Positions 13,601 through 25,229 of a DNA stretch of 64,000 nucleotides are shown one piece after another. The stretch is from Raillietiella orientalis (taxonomy: Eukaryota): contig JAYWIR010000029.1 of the NCBI GenBank assembly GCA_036172245.1, positions 1,240,001 to 1,304,000 of the forward strand. Direction: 5' to 3'. The notes beneath the pieces are model-generated. The model had not been told where the DNA came from and searched no databases. It worked only from the letters and a program-made list of their open reading frames with translations. Positions within the stretch are counted from its first letter, which is position 1. Each line of letters starts with the position of its first letter. The position numbers and the translations under genes are program-made.

Positions 13601-15088
13601 TCACTCTTGGTGTTGCCGGTTTTTCTTCCTCTGCAGCTGCGTCTCCTCATCGCTTGCCTTACGGACGGCACCTTTTTCTCTGGAAGCCGAAAAAGGTGCT
13701 CTTCCGTGGCCTCCAGAGCGATGCGACCGTCCTGCACCAGCTGGATCGCCCCTTTATCAAGGCGGAAGCTCGTCTTGACCAGCATCTAATGCGCAGGTCG
13801 ACGAGACACGCTCGGGCGCCGCGTCGGGGTCGTCAAGGGGGCACCTCTCTCGGAGAACCAGGCGCCCTTCTTTGGGGGATCGGGAGGCGGTCCCCCGGGC
13901 GACCGTGAGTGTGCGGGAGTGGACCGGGATGCTTCCTCTGAGTTCCTTCCAGCCGCTGGCAACGCTGGCTTCACGCGTACGCGGCGGCGGACTGACGCGT
14001 GCAACTGAATTCCAGGATCCTTCCTTCACCTGGACCGAAGAGTACCAGAGGGACCTTTTGCAAGAGAGCTTCAAGGCCTTCGACAGTCTCCGGGAAGATG
14101 GCATTCTCATCGGCGAGCACATGTGGAACTTTGCCGACTTCCTGACCCCTCAAGGTACCATCATTCGCGCCCTCTGGCCATTTCCTTGTTCCTCCATCCC
14201 CACTCCATGGTGCTGCTGCGGTTGCTGCCGCACTCACGCAGCGGCTGGCAAAGGATGCGCGGACGTCGATCCTTCGTTAGTACCGGGTGTCCTCCGACGT
14301 CCTCAGACATGGGCAGCGCTGCCCGGTGGCGTTTTTCCGTCCAACCTCATCCAGAATCTCACCCAGAACCACCGCCCGCCTGATCACTCGGGGAAAGACC
14401 CGGGCAGCGGTGCCAGTGTGCGCGCGCCCCACAAGGGATGAGGATTGGGTCTCGAGGTCGGAGCGGCTCTGGCGACCGGATGGACGCGAGGTCGGCCCCG
14501 CTCCCCTGCGCGTTCTTTCGCTTTACTTCAGAAGGAAGTAAAGCGAAAGAACGCCGGAGGCGACTCTGGGAGGGGAGGGTAGTAAGGGAGGATCCCGCGA
14601 GGCAACCAGGAGGGGCTCCCGAGGCTTCCTTTCCCGGGAGGATCGCGGGAAGCTCCGGAAAGGGAAGGTTTGTTCCGCGTTTTCCGGGATCCCAGAGAGT
14701 TTCTGGAGGACGGCGGATCCTGGGAATCTCTCGCTCCCGTCCCAGAAGTTTCGTCCGTCCTTCCGACAGCCACCGACTTCGAACGCTCCTTCCTTAGCCT
14801 CCTCCCTCTGGCAGGGCCTCTCTGTCCAGGAAGCCATCGTCTGGACCCCGGGGAGGACGGTCGCCTGGCCTCACGCATACAGGGAGGGGGAGCAGGAGCG
14901 GGGAACCGCCACATAGAGAGGGATGTCTTGCAGGGACCATCAGGGCCTTCGGGAACAGGAAGGGGATCTTCACCAGGCAGAGGAGCCCGAAGTGCGCCGC
15001 CCATCTCCTGAGGGACCGCTACCGCCTACCTCAGGAGCCTTCGACTCCACCGGAGGAAGGCTTCGCCGGGCGTCTCAGAAACCAATAA
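4626..15088 (+). CDS. GUSB: Beta-glucuronidase (glycoside hydrolase family 2), about 635 aa with a signal peptide; 12 coding exons
   Basis: Exons 4626-4826, 7558-7740, 7791-7963, 8285-8427, 9323-9507, 9780-9920, 10282-10454, 10501 (or 10510)-10653, 10753-10837, 12434-12610, 14016-14154, 14934-15088 (TAA), all GT-AG and in phase. Motifs: [62 protein letters not shown] (acid/base Glu), NKYFGWY, TEYG (nucleophile Glu), WNFADF, GNRKG (NxK glucuronide motif). Confidence 0.96.
6125..6395 (-). mobile_element. Decayed Mutator-like (MULE) DNA transposase remnant inside GUSB intron 1
   Basis: Minus strand across frames: GRKAR...[44 protein letters not shown]. These follow the order of the arthropod Mutator-like motifs GKGRLT..I..LQ / A.FFH / STD.NP.H..CP.G..SWC / LL.KCL.G.TQN. 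Confidence 0.5.
8730..8975 (-). mobile_element. Possible non-LTR RT N-terminal remnant in GUSB intron 4
   Basis: [10 protein letters not shown]...RKAP...LYEK followed by TVSRG...[11 protein letters not shown], loosely resembling EEV..ALK..KAPG.DG / VP..W..I..L.KKGD. Confidence 0.28.
12960..13345. repeat. Degenerate trinucleotide (CTG/CTA/TTA-like) low-complexity tract in GUSB intron 10
   Basis: Recurrent ctgctg/ctatta/ctgtt units; more AT-rich than the flanks; no homology recognised. Confidence 0.5.
14510..14554. repeat. Perfect 20-bp inverted repeat with a 5-nt loop (GUSB intron 11)
   Basis: gcgttctttcgctttacttc-agaag-gaagtaaagcgaaagaacgc; the arms are exact reverse complements. Confidence 0.95.
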
Positions 15089-15089
15089 A
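15084..15089 (+). promoter_or_regulatory. Candidate GUSB polyadenylation signal overlapping the stop codon
   Basis: caATAAAc: AATAAA contains the TAA stop (15086-15088). Confidence 0.45.
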
Positions 15090-18000
15090 CCGGGAGGAAG
15101 AGAAATTCTTGGGAAGCGCCTGCCGCTTCCTGCAGGGCGCGGAAGAGGTCTTCTCCTCCTGGAAGAGGCGTGGAGGAGGAGGAAAGACCATCCCCGGGGG
15201 CGAACCTCCGCCTTTTTTTTTGTGACCTCGCCCATCCGCCTTCGGGGTCGCGCATGCCCCCTTCTGGGATCCAGAATGGGGCTGGGGTATGCCGAGGGCG
15301 CTCCGGGGCAGCTGAGGAGACCATTTCCCGCATTTCGAGGTCAGCAGACGAGCGAGAGTAGCTCGGACTTCGGTCGATGGGGTCCTTGCGGGCAAAGCGC
15401 CCCTCGAGACTCACACATGCGAAGGTGACCTCAGGGAGCTGGGAACCGAGGATTCGGTGCCTCAAGGGGGCAGGGCGGATGGAGCGAACCTCTTGCAGAT
15501 GCACTCCATGGGAGAATGGCTGCTTTGTGTCCTCTGGAACGTCTCCGGGAGGACACAGGAGGAGGAAGCGGAAGCTGGAGATCCATCTCCAGGGGGAGGA
15601 TCTGAGTCCGGGTTTCGGAGAGTGCAGTCGCGCATGCTGCTTATCACGGGAGACGGTGGCTGGATGCGGATGAACTGCGTTGCCTCGCGTCCTCTAAGCT
15701 ACAGAGGCGACCAGAAGCAAAGACACTTATCTTTTGCCTCTGTCCTCCGTCGCCTAGCAACACGGCAAATGGGGCGGGGAGTTCGCCCCCGAGTTGGGGC
15801 ATCAGTATGCGGGGAAGGTTGGACGAGGCACTGCCACGGCGAAGGACCCGTTTGCCGCGTTCCCGGCCCGTGGCATCCGCCCCCGCCCCCTGATGCATCC
15901 TTTCCCGTAACCCAACATGATGACTGTGGTATCCGCCTCTGAAGCGTCCGAGATCTGTGGGTTGCACAGATGAAACTACAAGGTCTCCACGCCGTTTCTG
16001 AAACAGATGCTTTGGTGCTCTTCTAAGATTGTGTACCCGGAATGGATGCTGAGTCCTCTTAAGGATAGGTGACGCTAAAGTCACCTAGTGTCGAGAGGTG
16101 TCCTGGGGAGTTCCCTAAGTAACAGGGTGAAAGCGCAATCCGGTTAAAATCATGAAAATGCATTGCTGCGAAGTTCACGCGTCTCTTGTGCCTCGCGAAG
16201 AAATAGCGTTTCTTTGGCAGATAGAGGAGCAGGTATTTCCCGTTAGAGCGGTCTAACCGAACCTTGGTTCCACATAAGAAGACCACGAAAAAGATCGAAG
16301 AAAAATAGGATGTGTGCCTTCTTATTAAAAAAAAAAAAAAAAACCATTGGAAGAGGATGAGGATAGAGGGTAAAGCGAATGGAAGAAGGTGAAGCGTAAT
16401 GCGTTCCTTCTCGAGTGCTGGTTGCCGATTCCATGTGCGGTCTCTCCATAATTCGGTTTTCTCAGATTTTTGGTTTTCAGTTGACTTTAAACGGATGCTG
16501 AAAAGCCTTGTATCATGGTTGATGGCCTTCTTCCTGCTGAGACGCGCAATGTTTCTGAAATTAGCTCTTCCGTTCTAGTTTTCAATCAGTAGGCACGGCT
16601 ATTGTCTTCTTGTGGACCCACAGCTGCCATGTTAAAACATGTGTATAAGGAACCCATTCTTGTTTCATGATTCAAGGCTTCGATAGATCCATGCCAGTAA
16701 AGCTGAATTGCAACATTGTGGGTGGCTGACTGGAAAGCCAGTTTGTTGATAAACAGTTTGTTGATGTGGTCCTCAGTGTACAACAAGGTCTCTTGCACGT
16801 TTTCCTGTGAAAAGAGGGCAGTGATGCCAACAGCTCACCGCGGTTCTTTGCCAGCTTCTGATGAGATGATTCGCATTCCAATTACCTTCTATCGACAAGC
16901 GTGCAATAAAATGCTCTTATTAATGTGAACGTAAAGAGATAAATAGTGAATTACGATCACTTGCCAACCTCTAGAGTTCCTTGTCTTCGCCATATTAGTT
17001 TCTTTCTTTTTTTTTTGGAAGAGTAAACATCGAATTAAAATTTTTCTTACATCAAACCGAATTTCTTGTTTCAGAGTTCTTCCGACCAGTGGAATGCATG
17101 AAGGGTATTTTTACACGTCAGCGACACCCCAAGTCTTCAGCTTTTCTTATCAGAGATCGATATAATGGAAGCCACTTTTAAATTACTCTTTAATTGAATG
17201 AGAAAAAAATTGATTTCGTGCACAATGGGAGTAGTAGCCGAAGCGAAATAAAACTTTGGTATTCCAGATCTTTTTGTCTTTCTCTTTATGTCTAGAAAGA
17301 ACTCTCAATGCTGAAAAATGCTGATTGAGATTTCGGTACTGAGTGACTATCGACTTTATTGGTTTGCAAACTAATAGTAACTCCCTGTGTACGTGTAAAG
17401 AACTGGCTTCTCCAGTTTCCCCTTTTGTTTTCGTATTCTCACAAGTCATGCGTGTATTGGAGGTGTTCCTACAGCCACTGTACGAAATTGCAAGTTTTGA
17501 GAATTACCAAGGTAATTAAATGCTCCAGACCTTCTCGTGCGAATAGACTACCTAAATACACGATCTAAACCCAAATCTAAATACATCAAAGCAAAACAAA
17601 ACAAATGCTGCGCCTCATGTTTGGCTACTTGGCCAGTTCTGAGCAACGTCACCAGAACATCCAGAATCTGCTAACCAGTTAACTGACCACTTCAGAAACC
17701 TCTAATTTAGGTGGAAATGTTCCAGCTTGTTTGTAACAACGTGGCAGCTGCTGTAACTTGGTCGCTACTTGATTCGGACCTGTGGATTCGTTAAATGGAC
17801 CGTACCATACTTCTCTCATACATATACTACTGTACTTGGAGATGCACTAACATGAATTCCGATACATCCACATTCCGGAGGAAAATTTTCCGGTTGGCAT
17901 AATTCCGGAAACCCCCGATACGTCTGCATGTTAAGACTCAACTCTGGTGAATTCCGGGAGCTCAGCAACAGTAGGACAGTACATTGATACTGTTTGGTTT

Positions 18001-19124
18001 CCTTTTTTGCAGTCACTTTGCCTTATCATTCAGAAATATAGGTCCACTTATGCTGATCTGTAAAGGTTTCTTTAGAAGAAGAAAAAAAACGGAAAAACGG
18101 ATATCTCAACCTGTATACAGGCTAGTGGAGGTACGTGCCTTGGACCACACGCACGTGCTTCTAAAAAGCACGCGCTTCAGAAAAAGCAGGATAGTGCTCA
18201 TCCCATCTGATTCCGCGATTGGAGAAACGCGCGTGATTCCCAAAAGTCACTTCTACATGACCCCAACTAGCTTGATCATGCCCTGCTTGGCAAGTGTTGA
18301 TGGGATTTGTTGTCCTTGAGCTGTAAACTCGCTGGTGAATTTTCTCAAAAGAATCGTGGACGGAGCATTGGACAGGATCTCCAGCCATCCACTCGTCAGC
18401 GATCATTTTGTGTGGCTGGATGTAATGCCCATTTGGTTCCCCAGTCGGAAGTGCATTCTGCCGGATAATTTTGGCGATCTTCGGATCAAGTCTTCGCATC
18501 CATCTGCTGTGTGCATCCGTTCTTCTGCAGCTTGAATTTCTCACAGACTATGCATTTCTAGTCATAACGAATTCAAGTATACTGTAAACAGTTCACAGTA
18601 TATCTGAATAAGGCTTTTTTGAATTTGAATATGGCCAGAGGAGACTACTTCCAACTTTTGCTTCTCGACCTCTCGGGTTTTTGGAACTAACAGTGAGTAT
18701 ATATAATTTTTCATTGTAAGAATTCTTTCTCTCGAAACACTGTAGAGGATGCGGTGGATTCTGCATAATGGCCGTCTGCTTGATTTCCGGCAGCGAACTT
18801 CCAATTGCCTTACCGACCAAATGAATTCCGAGTTAGTGTTTACTCTGGCCAGCTTTCGAGTTGGCACCGTTTCCGCATTCAACACATTCCCCTCTGACCC
18901 TTCCCCATTATTTACGTAACCCATTTTCGTTCCGCATTCTGCAGCAAATTTTTCACTGAGAAACCTCCACGAGGTGATGCAGAGTCGAGAGGCCTGACCA
19001 CTCTCATCTTAGATGTACCTGAAACATTCGCCCTAGCTGACTCCTACGACTGCAACAGAGAGTAATTAGATGTTTTTTTTCATTTCATGTAGGAAAGGTC
19101 TCTTCGAAGGATCGAAGAAAAAGG

Positions 19125-19167
19125 TCTTCAAGGATCGTGGAACTGAAGGTTCCAAGATCCTTGAAGA
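19125..19167. repeat. 19-bp inverted repeat (1 mismatch, 5-nt loop) in the presumed G6PD 3' UTR
   Basis: tcttcaaggatcgtggaac-tgaag-gttccaagatccttgaaga. Confidence 0.9.
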
Positions 19168-19283
19168 ACACTGCTCGGGAACTTCTTTGAAAGGATTTTT
19201 TTCAGAGATGCCCATTAGGATTTAGGCAAGTGTGGTGTCCTGGGAGGCCATCGCTGGATGAGTTCCGCATATTCCCGAATTCA

Positions 19284-22200
19284 CTACACCGGCGGTCTCC
19301 ACTGGTAGGACTTGTTATATTGGTAACCATAACGACTGGCCAATTCATCTGCTTCTCGTAGACCGCGAGTGCCGAACCTGCAACCAAATGCAACATAGAG
19401 GGGAGTGTGATCGGAGGGCCTTTCTTACACGTAAGGGATAGGTTTTATCTTCTCCTTCTCGATCGTGTGAAGGAGAGGCGTCAGAATGCGCCAGGCTTCA
19501 GCCAGCTCATCGTCCCTCACGAAATGCATCTGACTCCCACAGAAGACGTCGAGGATCAGACGTTCGTATGCATCAGACAACTTGATGTTCTATCGGTCGG
19601 GGTGGGAGAGGGAGGGTAACCGACGCTGAAAAGCAATCGTCACCTGGTAACGATGGTGGTACGAGAGATCGAGCTCGGTCGAAAATAGATCGAAACTCAG
19701 CCCAGGTGACTTGATGTTCACCTTGGCGTATATGGCCTCGCCTGGCTGCACGCGTATTACCAGTTCGTTCTTAAGAGCCTTCTTCTCGAAGATGTCTCCG
19801 GGCACATCCCGGTACTGGAGACGCACCTCGGCCTTGTTCTCGTTCAGAGCTAGGCAGGGGAAGAGACGGGAAGCTCGTCGAAACGGGGAGCACGGCTACC
19901 TTTGCCGCATTTTATGATGAACGGGATTCCGTCCCACCGTTCGTTGTTAATATGAAGAATGGCAGTGCAGAAAGTGGGCGTCAAGGAATTGTTAGGCACG
20001 GAATCATCCTCCACGTACCCCTTCGCTGCTTCGCCTTCCTGATCGGGGTCTCCGACGTACTGTCCTAGGACGACGTCCTCCAGCTTCGGAGGACTGATGC
20101 ATTTAAGCACTTTCACCTAAAAGCTTAGTTCCGGCCCTACTGTTCGCAAGTGGCTCACTCACTCACCTTTTCGTCTCGGACGTGCTCAGAAAACGTGGAA
20201 ATCGGCTTTTCCATAGCAATGATAGACAGCACTTGCAACAGATGATTCTGCATAACATCTCGGATTATGCCGAATTCGTCAAAGTAACCTCCCCTTCCTT
20301 GAATGCCGAATTTTTCTTTGAAAGTAATGCAGACACACGAGATATTCCAGCGGTTCCAAGTGGCGTTAAACATTTGATTTCCGAATCTGGGGGAGACGAC
20401 TAGCCGCGATTACTTATCTTGGCGAGCGCTACCTTATGATCATCATGTTTTGGACCATCTCTTTTCCAAGATAATGATCCATGCGGTAAACCTGATCTTC
20501 CCTGAACAGCGCAGTCAAGTGTTTGGAAAGCAATGCCGATGAATCCGTATCTTTTCCAAAGGGCTTTTCGATTATGATTCTGGTCCATCCCCTTGAAAAC
20601 AATTTGTATGCAAAAGAGCATGAAAAAACAGCTCCCTTCAATAGTATGATGTTTAAATTGAACAAAATGCATACCTACATGCGTACATAAAATACATGTC
20701 GACGCGCGAAATTTCAACACAATGCTGTATGTTGTGAATTTACAAAAGGAATCTAATACGCTTTAAATAGCTGAGAATCTAATCCACTTGAATTCTGCGT
20801 TACCCACATGGGAAAGTCAAGATTTTAAGTTTCTTCATAGCCATAAAACCAATTTTCACGTTCATTCTATAAAGATAAAATTACGACGGCTTCACATGGT
20901 TTCACTTGGCTTGGATAAACATCAACGTTTTTTTTGTTTCTTAAAAAATCGCAATATTGCAGATTCCCAGTTCTATACACCAGTTCCTCGCTCTTCATTG
21001 ACTAATGTTCGTGGCCTTCCCATTATTCCAATTATTTCGAAACTAGCTGAATGATGGACCCCACTTCACGGAGTCCGATTCTCCAAGGTTGTTTCCTTTT
21101 GATCTTGATGTTTCAATGAAGTTTAAACCAACTTTAGCAAGTACTGTTCTTTCCGACCTCTGCTCCTCATTCATCAGATTCAGTATTTTTACGATCTTGA
21201 TAAATGCGACTGCGGTTCTTCATCATCTAGTAGTCATTATCTATTCCATTTTGTTTTTTCAATCCTGAATCCAATCTGAGGTTGGCATAATGCAATTGAA
21301 ATTCCCAATGAACAACTAATTCAACATTATTAATCGTTTGGGCCACTGAAATTATTTTTCTGCGGTCCATTTACTTTATGCTTATAATATATCCATTACG
21401 TATCTTTTCAGGACTGACATTCGGTATTCCCTAGAGCTAGCGGAAATTCCGAGTCAACCTCCTCCTATTGCTTTTCATTCGCCCTCTTCAAAATGCCATA
21501 TTTCTTGGGTACATCACTTCCGAGAAAACAAGGCAGAACTACTTCATACCTCAATTTCTGAGTTTTACAGATCATGTCACAAAAGGCTCACAGATTGATA
21601 GAAGGCTAATTAATCGTGCTGCTATTAAACGTTCTCGAGGAAAGAGAAACACGATGTTGTCGAGCAGAATGTGTTCCTTGTGCATCCTGAAAATCTATGG
21701 GATTTAAACCACCAGTCTCGGTCTAAAGAATGTGATCTGAAGTTAAAACTTCATTCCATTCTAAAAAATTTTCTGGACTTTTTTCTGATAGAGTTCCAAA
21801 GAATTTTCGAGATCATTCTTTTACTCCCTTTATTCAGAAAAGAAAACTTGACAATAAGTGGATGCAGTCGTTGCAAGTTCTTACTTCTTGATCACGATTT
21901 GTTTCAAAATTGTTTGAAGCATATAAAGTTTACATAAACATATTCCATTCTGAATTAACATTAATGCACTTTCAAGGGGAATAAAAAAAACAAGCGAGAA
22001 AAAGTGCTATTCAAGCCAATCACTATATTAAGATCGGATAACGTCAGGCACCAAAATAATGAGGACCAAATTAGTAAAAAGCAGAATAAAATGGAGAAAA
22101 ATACATTTCAATTTGTAATAGCAGCAGTTTTCCATTTAGCAAATTAGAGTTTAGATGTAGCATTCAATGTAGTCTAATTCAAACTTACCTATTAGCCATG

Positions 22201-23899
22201 CAACAGCTTTTAAGATTACTTGTCACCATTTCGTAGACAGAAGGAGGGAGAGCAAGATAAAATATCCGATGTCCTACTCCTTTTTTTTCTAATTTCTCGA
22301 TTTCTCTATTAAGGAACTCGAAATCCATTCTGGTGTCATAAGTTCCAGAAATGTATCTATTTATACTAAAGAATTTCATGTACTGAGGTTCTTCTTCTGG
22401 GAGTAGCTGAAAATAAAAGTTAGAATAAATAAATGGACAAGATCAAGCCTAGGTCGTCTCAACCATTTCCAGTTACAACAAAAATAATGTTGTTAAAAAA
22501 GAATAAATACTTGCATAGAACGCAATATACGAATTCGGTACTTTGGAAAATTTCGGAAAGGCAATCTGGTATCAGGAAAACGAGAGCTGAGATTCGTGTT
22601 CTATTTTCCTGCACCTAACGCTGCTTCTAAAATTCAAACCTGAGTGTGTAGATTGCGATGATTAATCACGGCAACTTTCATGCAATGCAAAGCGACCAAA
22701 GATTAGTTCTGCAGCTATTCAGTTTTAGATTTAAATAAGTAGTAGTAATGCGTTATTAATTAGTGATGCACTGTTCGAAATGAAGAACATTCGAATTTTT
22801 TGCACATTTCAGTATACCTTTGCATATGGTCGACTGTTTTTCATGATGTCGTCAGTTGTGAGTTTGCTTCTACTATATCCAACGAAATGAGTAACAGGTG
22901 GTAGCAAGCCATCTCTGTATAACCACCAAAGTGTTGGATAAATTTTTTTTTTTGCCAGATCACCCTATATATGAAAACAATACAATGAAAATGATGTATT
23001 TTGAAGGAATGCAATCGAAAGCGAATTACAGACCATATTACTCAATACATAAGCGAGCATATCATAGAAGATTTGAAAACGGAGAGAGAAAAAAAAAAAG
23101 GATTAATCACCGACTTTGATGAATCGAATTGATGAATTTTCTCTTCTATTCTTTGTTTGGATCGTGAAAAGACTGTGCTTTAACTTTCACAGCCTTTTTT
23201 ATCCTTCAAACACCACTAAGTTTATCAGATATCCGGAGAAGTTTCCACGAAAGCATCAGTTAAATCATTTTAATGCATTTCAGAACAAGAAACGGAATAT
23301 CTTTCCTCCAAGCATTGAGAATTTACACGCTTTTGACTCTGAAAGAGCCAATCTAGGAGGTATCTCAGAAAACTTGTAAGTAAAACATGGTAAGTTTCAT
23401 ATTAAAAATAATGAAATAAACTTATGGACTTTAATCATGGGATCGAAAGAAACCTTAGACTTTGCGAATGGTACAAGGTGAGAGCTGATAATTGATAATC
23501 TATTTTTCAGATACAGACAGCACAAATTCGAGTACATAATTTAGAATAACAACAGTTATTATGTGAAAAAAAAATTATACTCTTTAAACAAATATCAAGT
23601 CGAAAAACTGTTACCAATTTACAACGGAGGTACAGGAATTCTTAAGTAATGAAACCGCGGAACTCATTGAATGTACGATAATTACATGAACTCCAATACA
23701 GATAGTCAATACTACTATCTGTAGAACGGAAATACGTTTTTGATGAGTTTGAAAGGAATTTTCTAAAATGAACTGATAGACATGCTTACTGAAGCTCCGA
23801 GAACAACGAATGTGTGAGGAATATCTCCTGTAAATTCATCATGGAATGCAGGAGACGTTAATGATTTCCTCAGCCACTGGAGATCATCGGCACATTTAG
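19284..23899 (-). CDS. G6PD: Glucose-6-phosphate 1-dehydrogenase; 9 coding exons identified, the exon with the start codon lies further upstream (higher coordinates)
   Basis: Exons in transcript order: 23899-23790, 22964-22818, 22406-22189, 20591-20433, 20386-20167, 20116-19900, 19849-19644, 19589-19429, 19377-19284 (TAG), all GT-AG and in phase. Motifs: [106 protein letters not shown]. The first exon found starts in phase 1. Confidence 0.96.
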
Positions 23900-25216
23900 C
23901 TACGGGAAAATACAATATTGAAAAACGGATAGGGATGGGGGGGGGGAGGAGGGAAGGAATCCAATTTCCATTTTAAATCAAAAATCAATCAACATGCAAA
24001 ACCTATCGGATCACTTATTTAAGCATTCAGCTTTTTATTCGAATTATTCTGAAACGTTTCGTAATATTAGAAAACAAAAACATTTTGTACTTAGCATTTC
24101 ATGTACAAAAAAGTACAATCTGCTTTTTATAAGCTTTACGCAGGGTTAGTCCATTAATAGAGAAAAATAGATGGCCAAGAATTGCGCCGCTGACATTAAA
24201 ATCAGAACTGCAAACAGTAACGTTAAGTGTGCATAAAATCAAATGCCGCTGATCGGCTTCCTAATACGAAATATATTGATGTTACAATGTGTACGTAATA
24301 CAAATTAACAATATCTTTGGAACCGTTCATTCATTTAATGAACACAACAAAGATGCGCACATGCATAGGAATTGACTGAAAGCAAGAATGTCTACACTAT
24401 TTAATTGAACTTGTGATGGACATATATGTAAAGATGTACATATAACGAAGGTTTTATGTTATGCGCACTTTTTAATATCAACATACTAAAACAATTATAG
24501 ATAATGAAATCATAAAACATATTGCTCAGCGCATTATAAATCCTTTTAATAATATTACATTCAGATTTAATTTAAGATATTCATAAATAAGCAATGGATG
24601 TGTTGAACAGAAGGTATTGTATGAAATGAAATTCTAATTTCAACATAGCCTTTTAACAGTACAAAAAATATCTGTATATTCCGTACGGAAAATTCCAACC
24701 CTGACTACTCGATAAGGGAAAACACCTTTGAAACGAACAAAGTGAGTGTAGTAGCATAAAAATTTATTTTGCTAAATAAATCTCCGAGTTACTACCATTA
24801 TCCGTTCCTTTATTTTTGAAACACTACGGATGCTTTAACGTATGGTAAATTATTGTTAAATGAAAACTGATGACCATCTTCGAATGAAGTAAAGCATGTA
24901 TCTACGCACATTATTCTTACACACATGATGATGCATATCTTGCCACATAGGGTACGAATACATGCATGCGTGCTAAAACGAAACTAAATTACACGAACGA
25001 ATTGGAACAAAGTTTTTCGACACAAAAGAACATCCATCTCAAGAATCAGCTTTTTTTTTTCTTTTTCTTTTTTTGTGAAGAAAGGGATGTCAGGTGTATA
25101 TGAAACCCTTTTCTTTTTTTTTATTCAGAAGACCTTTTTTTTGGAGTTTCCCGATAATGTGCACTGCCTATTTAACACGGTGTATCACTCGGCAGATTTT
25201 AATGAGAAGTGCTCAC

Positions 25217-25229
25217 TTGACTCGAGCAT
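25217..25229 (-). CDS. G6PD: Candidate first coding micro-exon of G6PD (MLES-)
   Basis: Minus strand ttcagttttgcccgcgtag|gATGCTCGAGTCAA|gtgagc has a good acceptor, an ATG and a phase-1 donor, giving [14 protein letters not shown] when joined to exon 23899. Not unique: another phase-1 option exists at 24921-24936. Confidence 0.38.

Noticed and set aside
14151..14180. Start of intron 11 reads GTIIRAL, similar to exon 12 GTIRAF, suggesting intron origin by duplication or an alternative C-terminus
   Set aside because: Only about 12 nt of similarity; read-through lacks the essential GNRKG motif.
6191..15942. Dozens of overlapping 60-220 aa ORFs on both strands within and after GUSB
   Set aside because: Arg/Pro/Gly/Ser-rich chance frames in GC-rich introns or alternate frames of GUSB exons; no coherent homology.
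15550..16280. Possible non-LTR RT remnant (SESGFR, SFPVT, NLGST)
   Set aside because: Motifs too sparse and poorly spaced to call.
17840..17930. ENFPPECGCIGIHV (-), resembling Harbinger nuclease NFPNC.G.IDG.HV
   Set aside because: Single motif with no downstream support.
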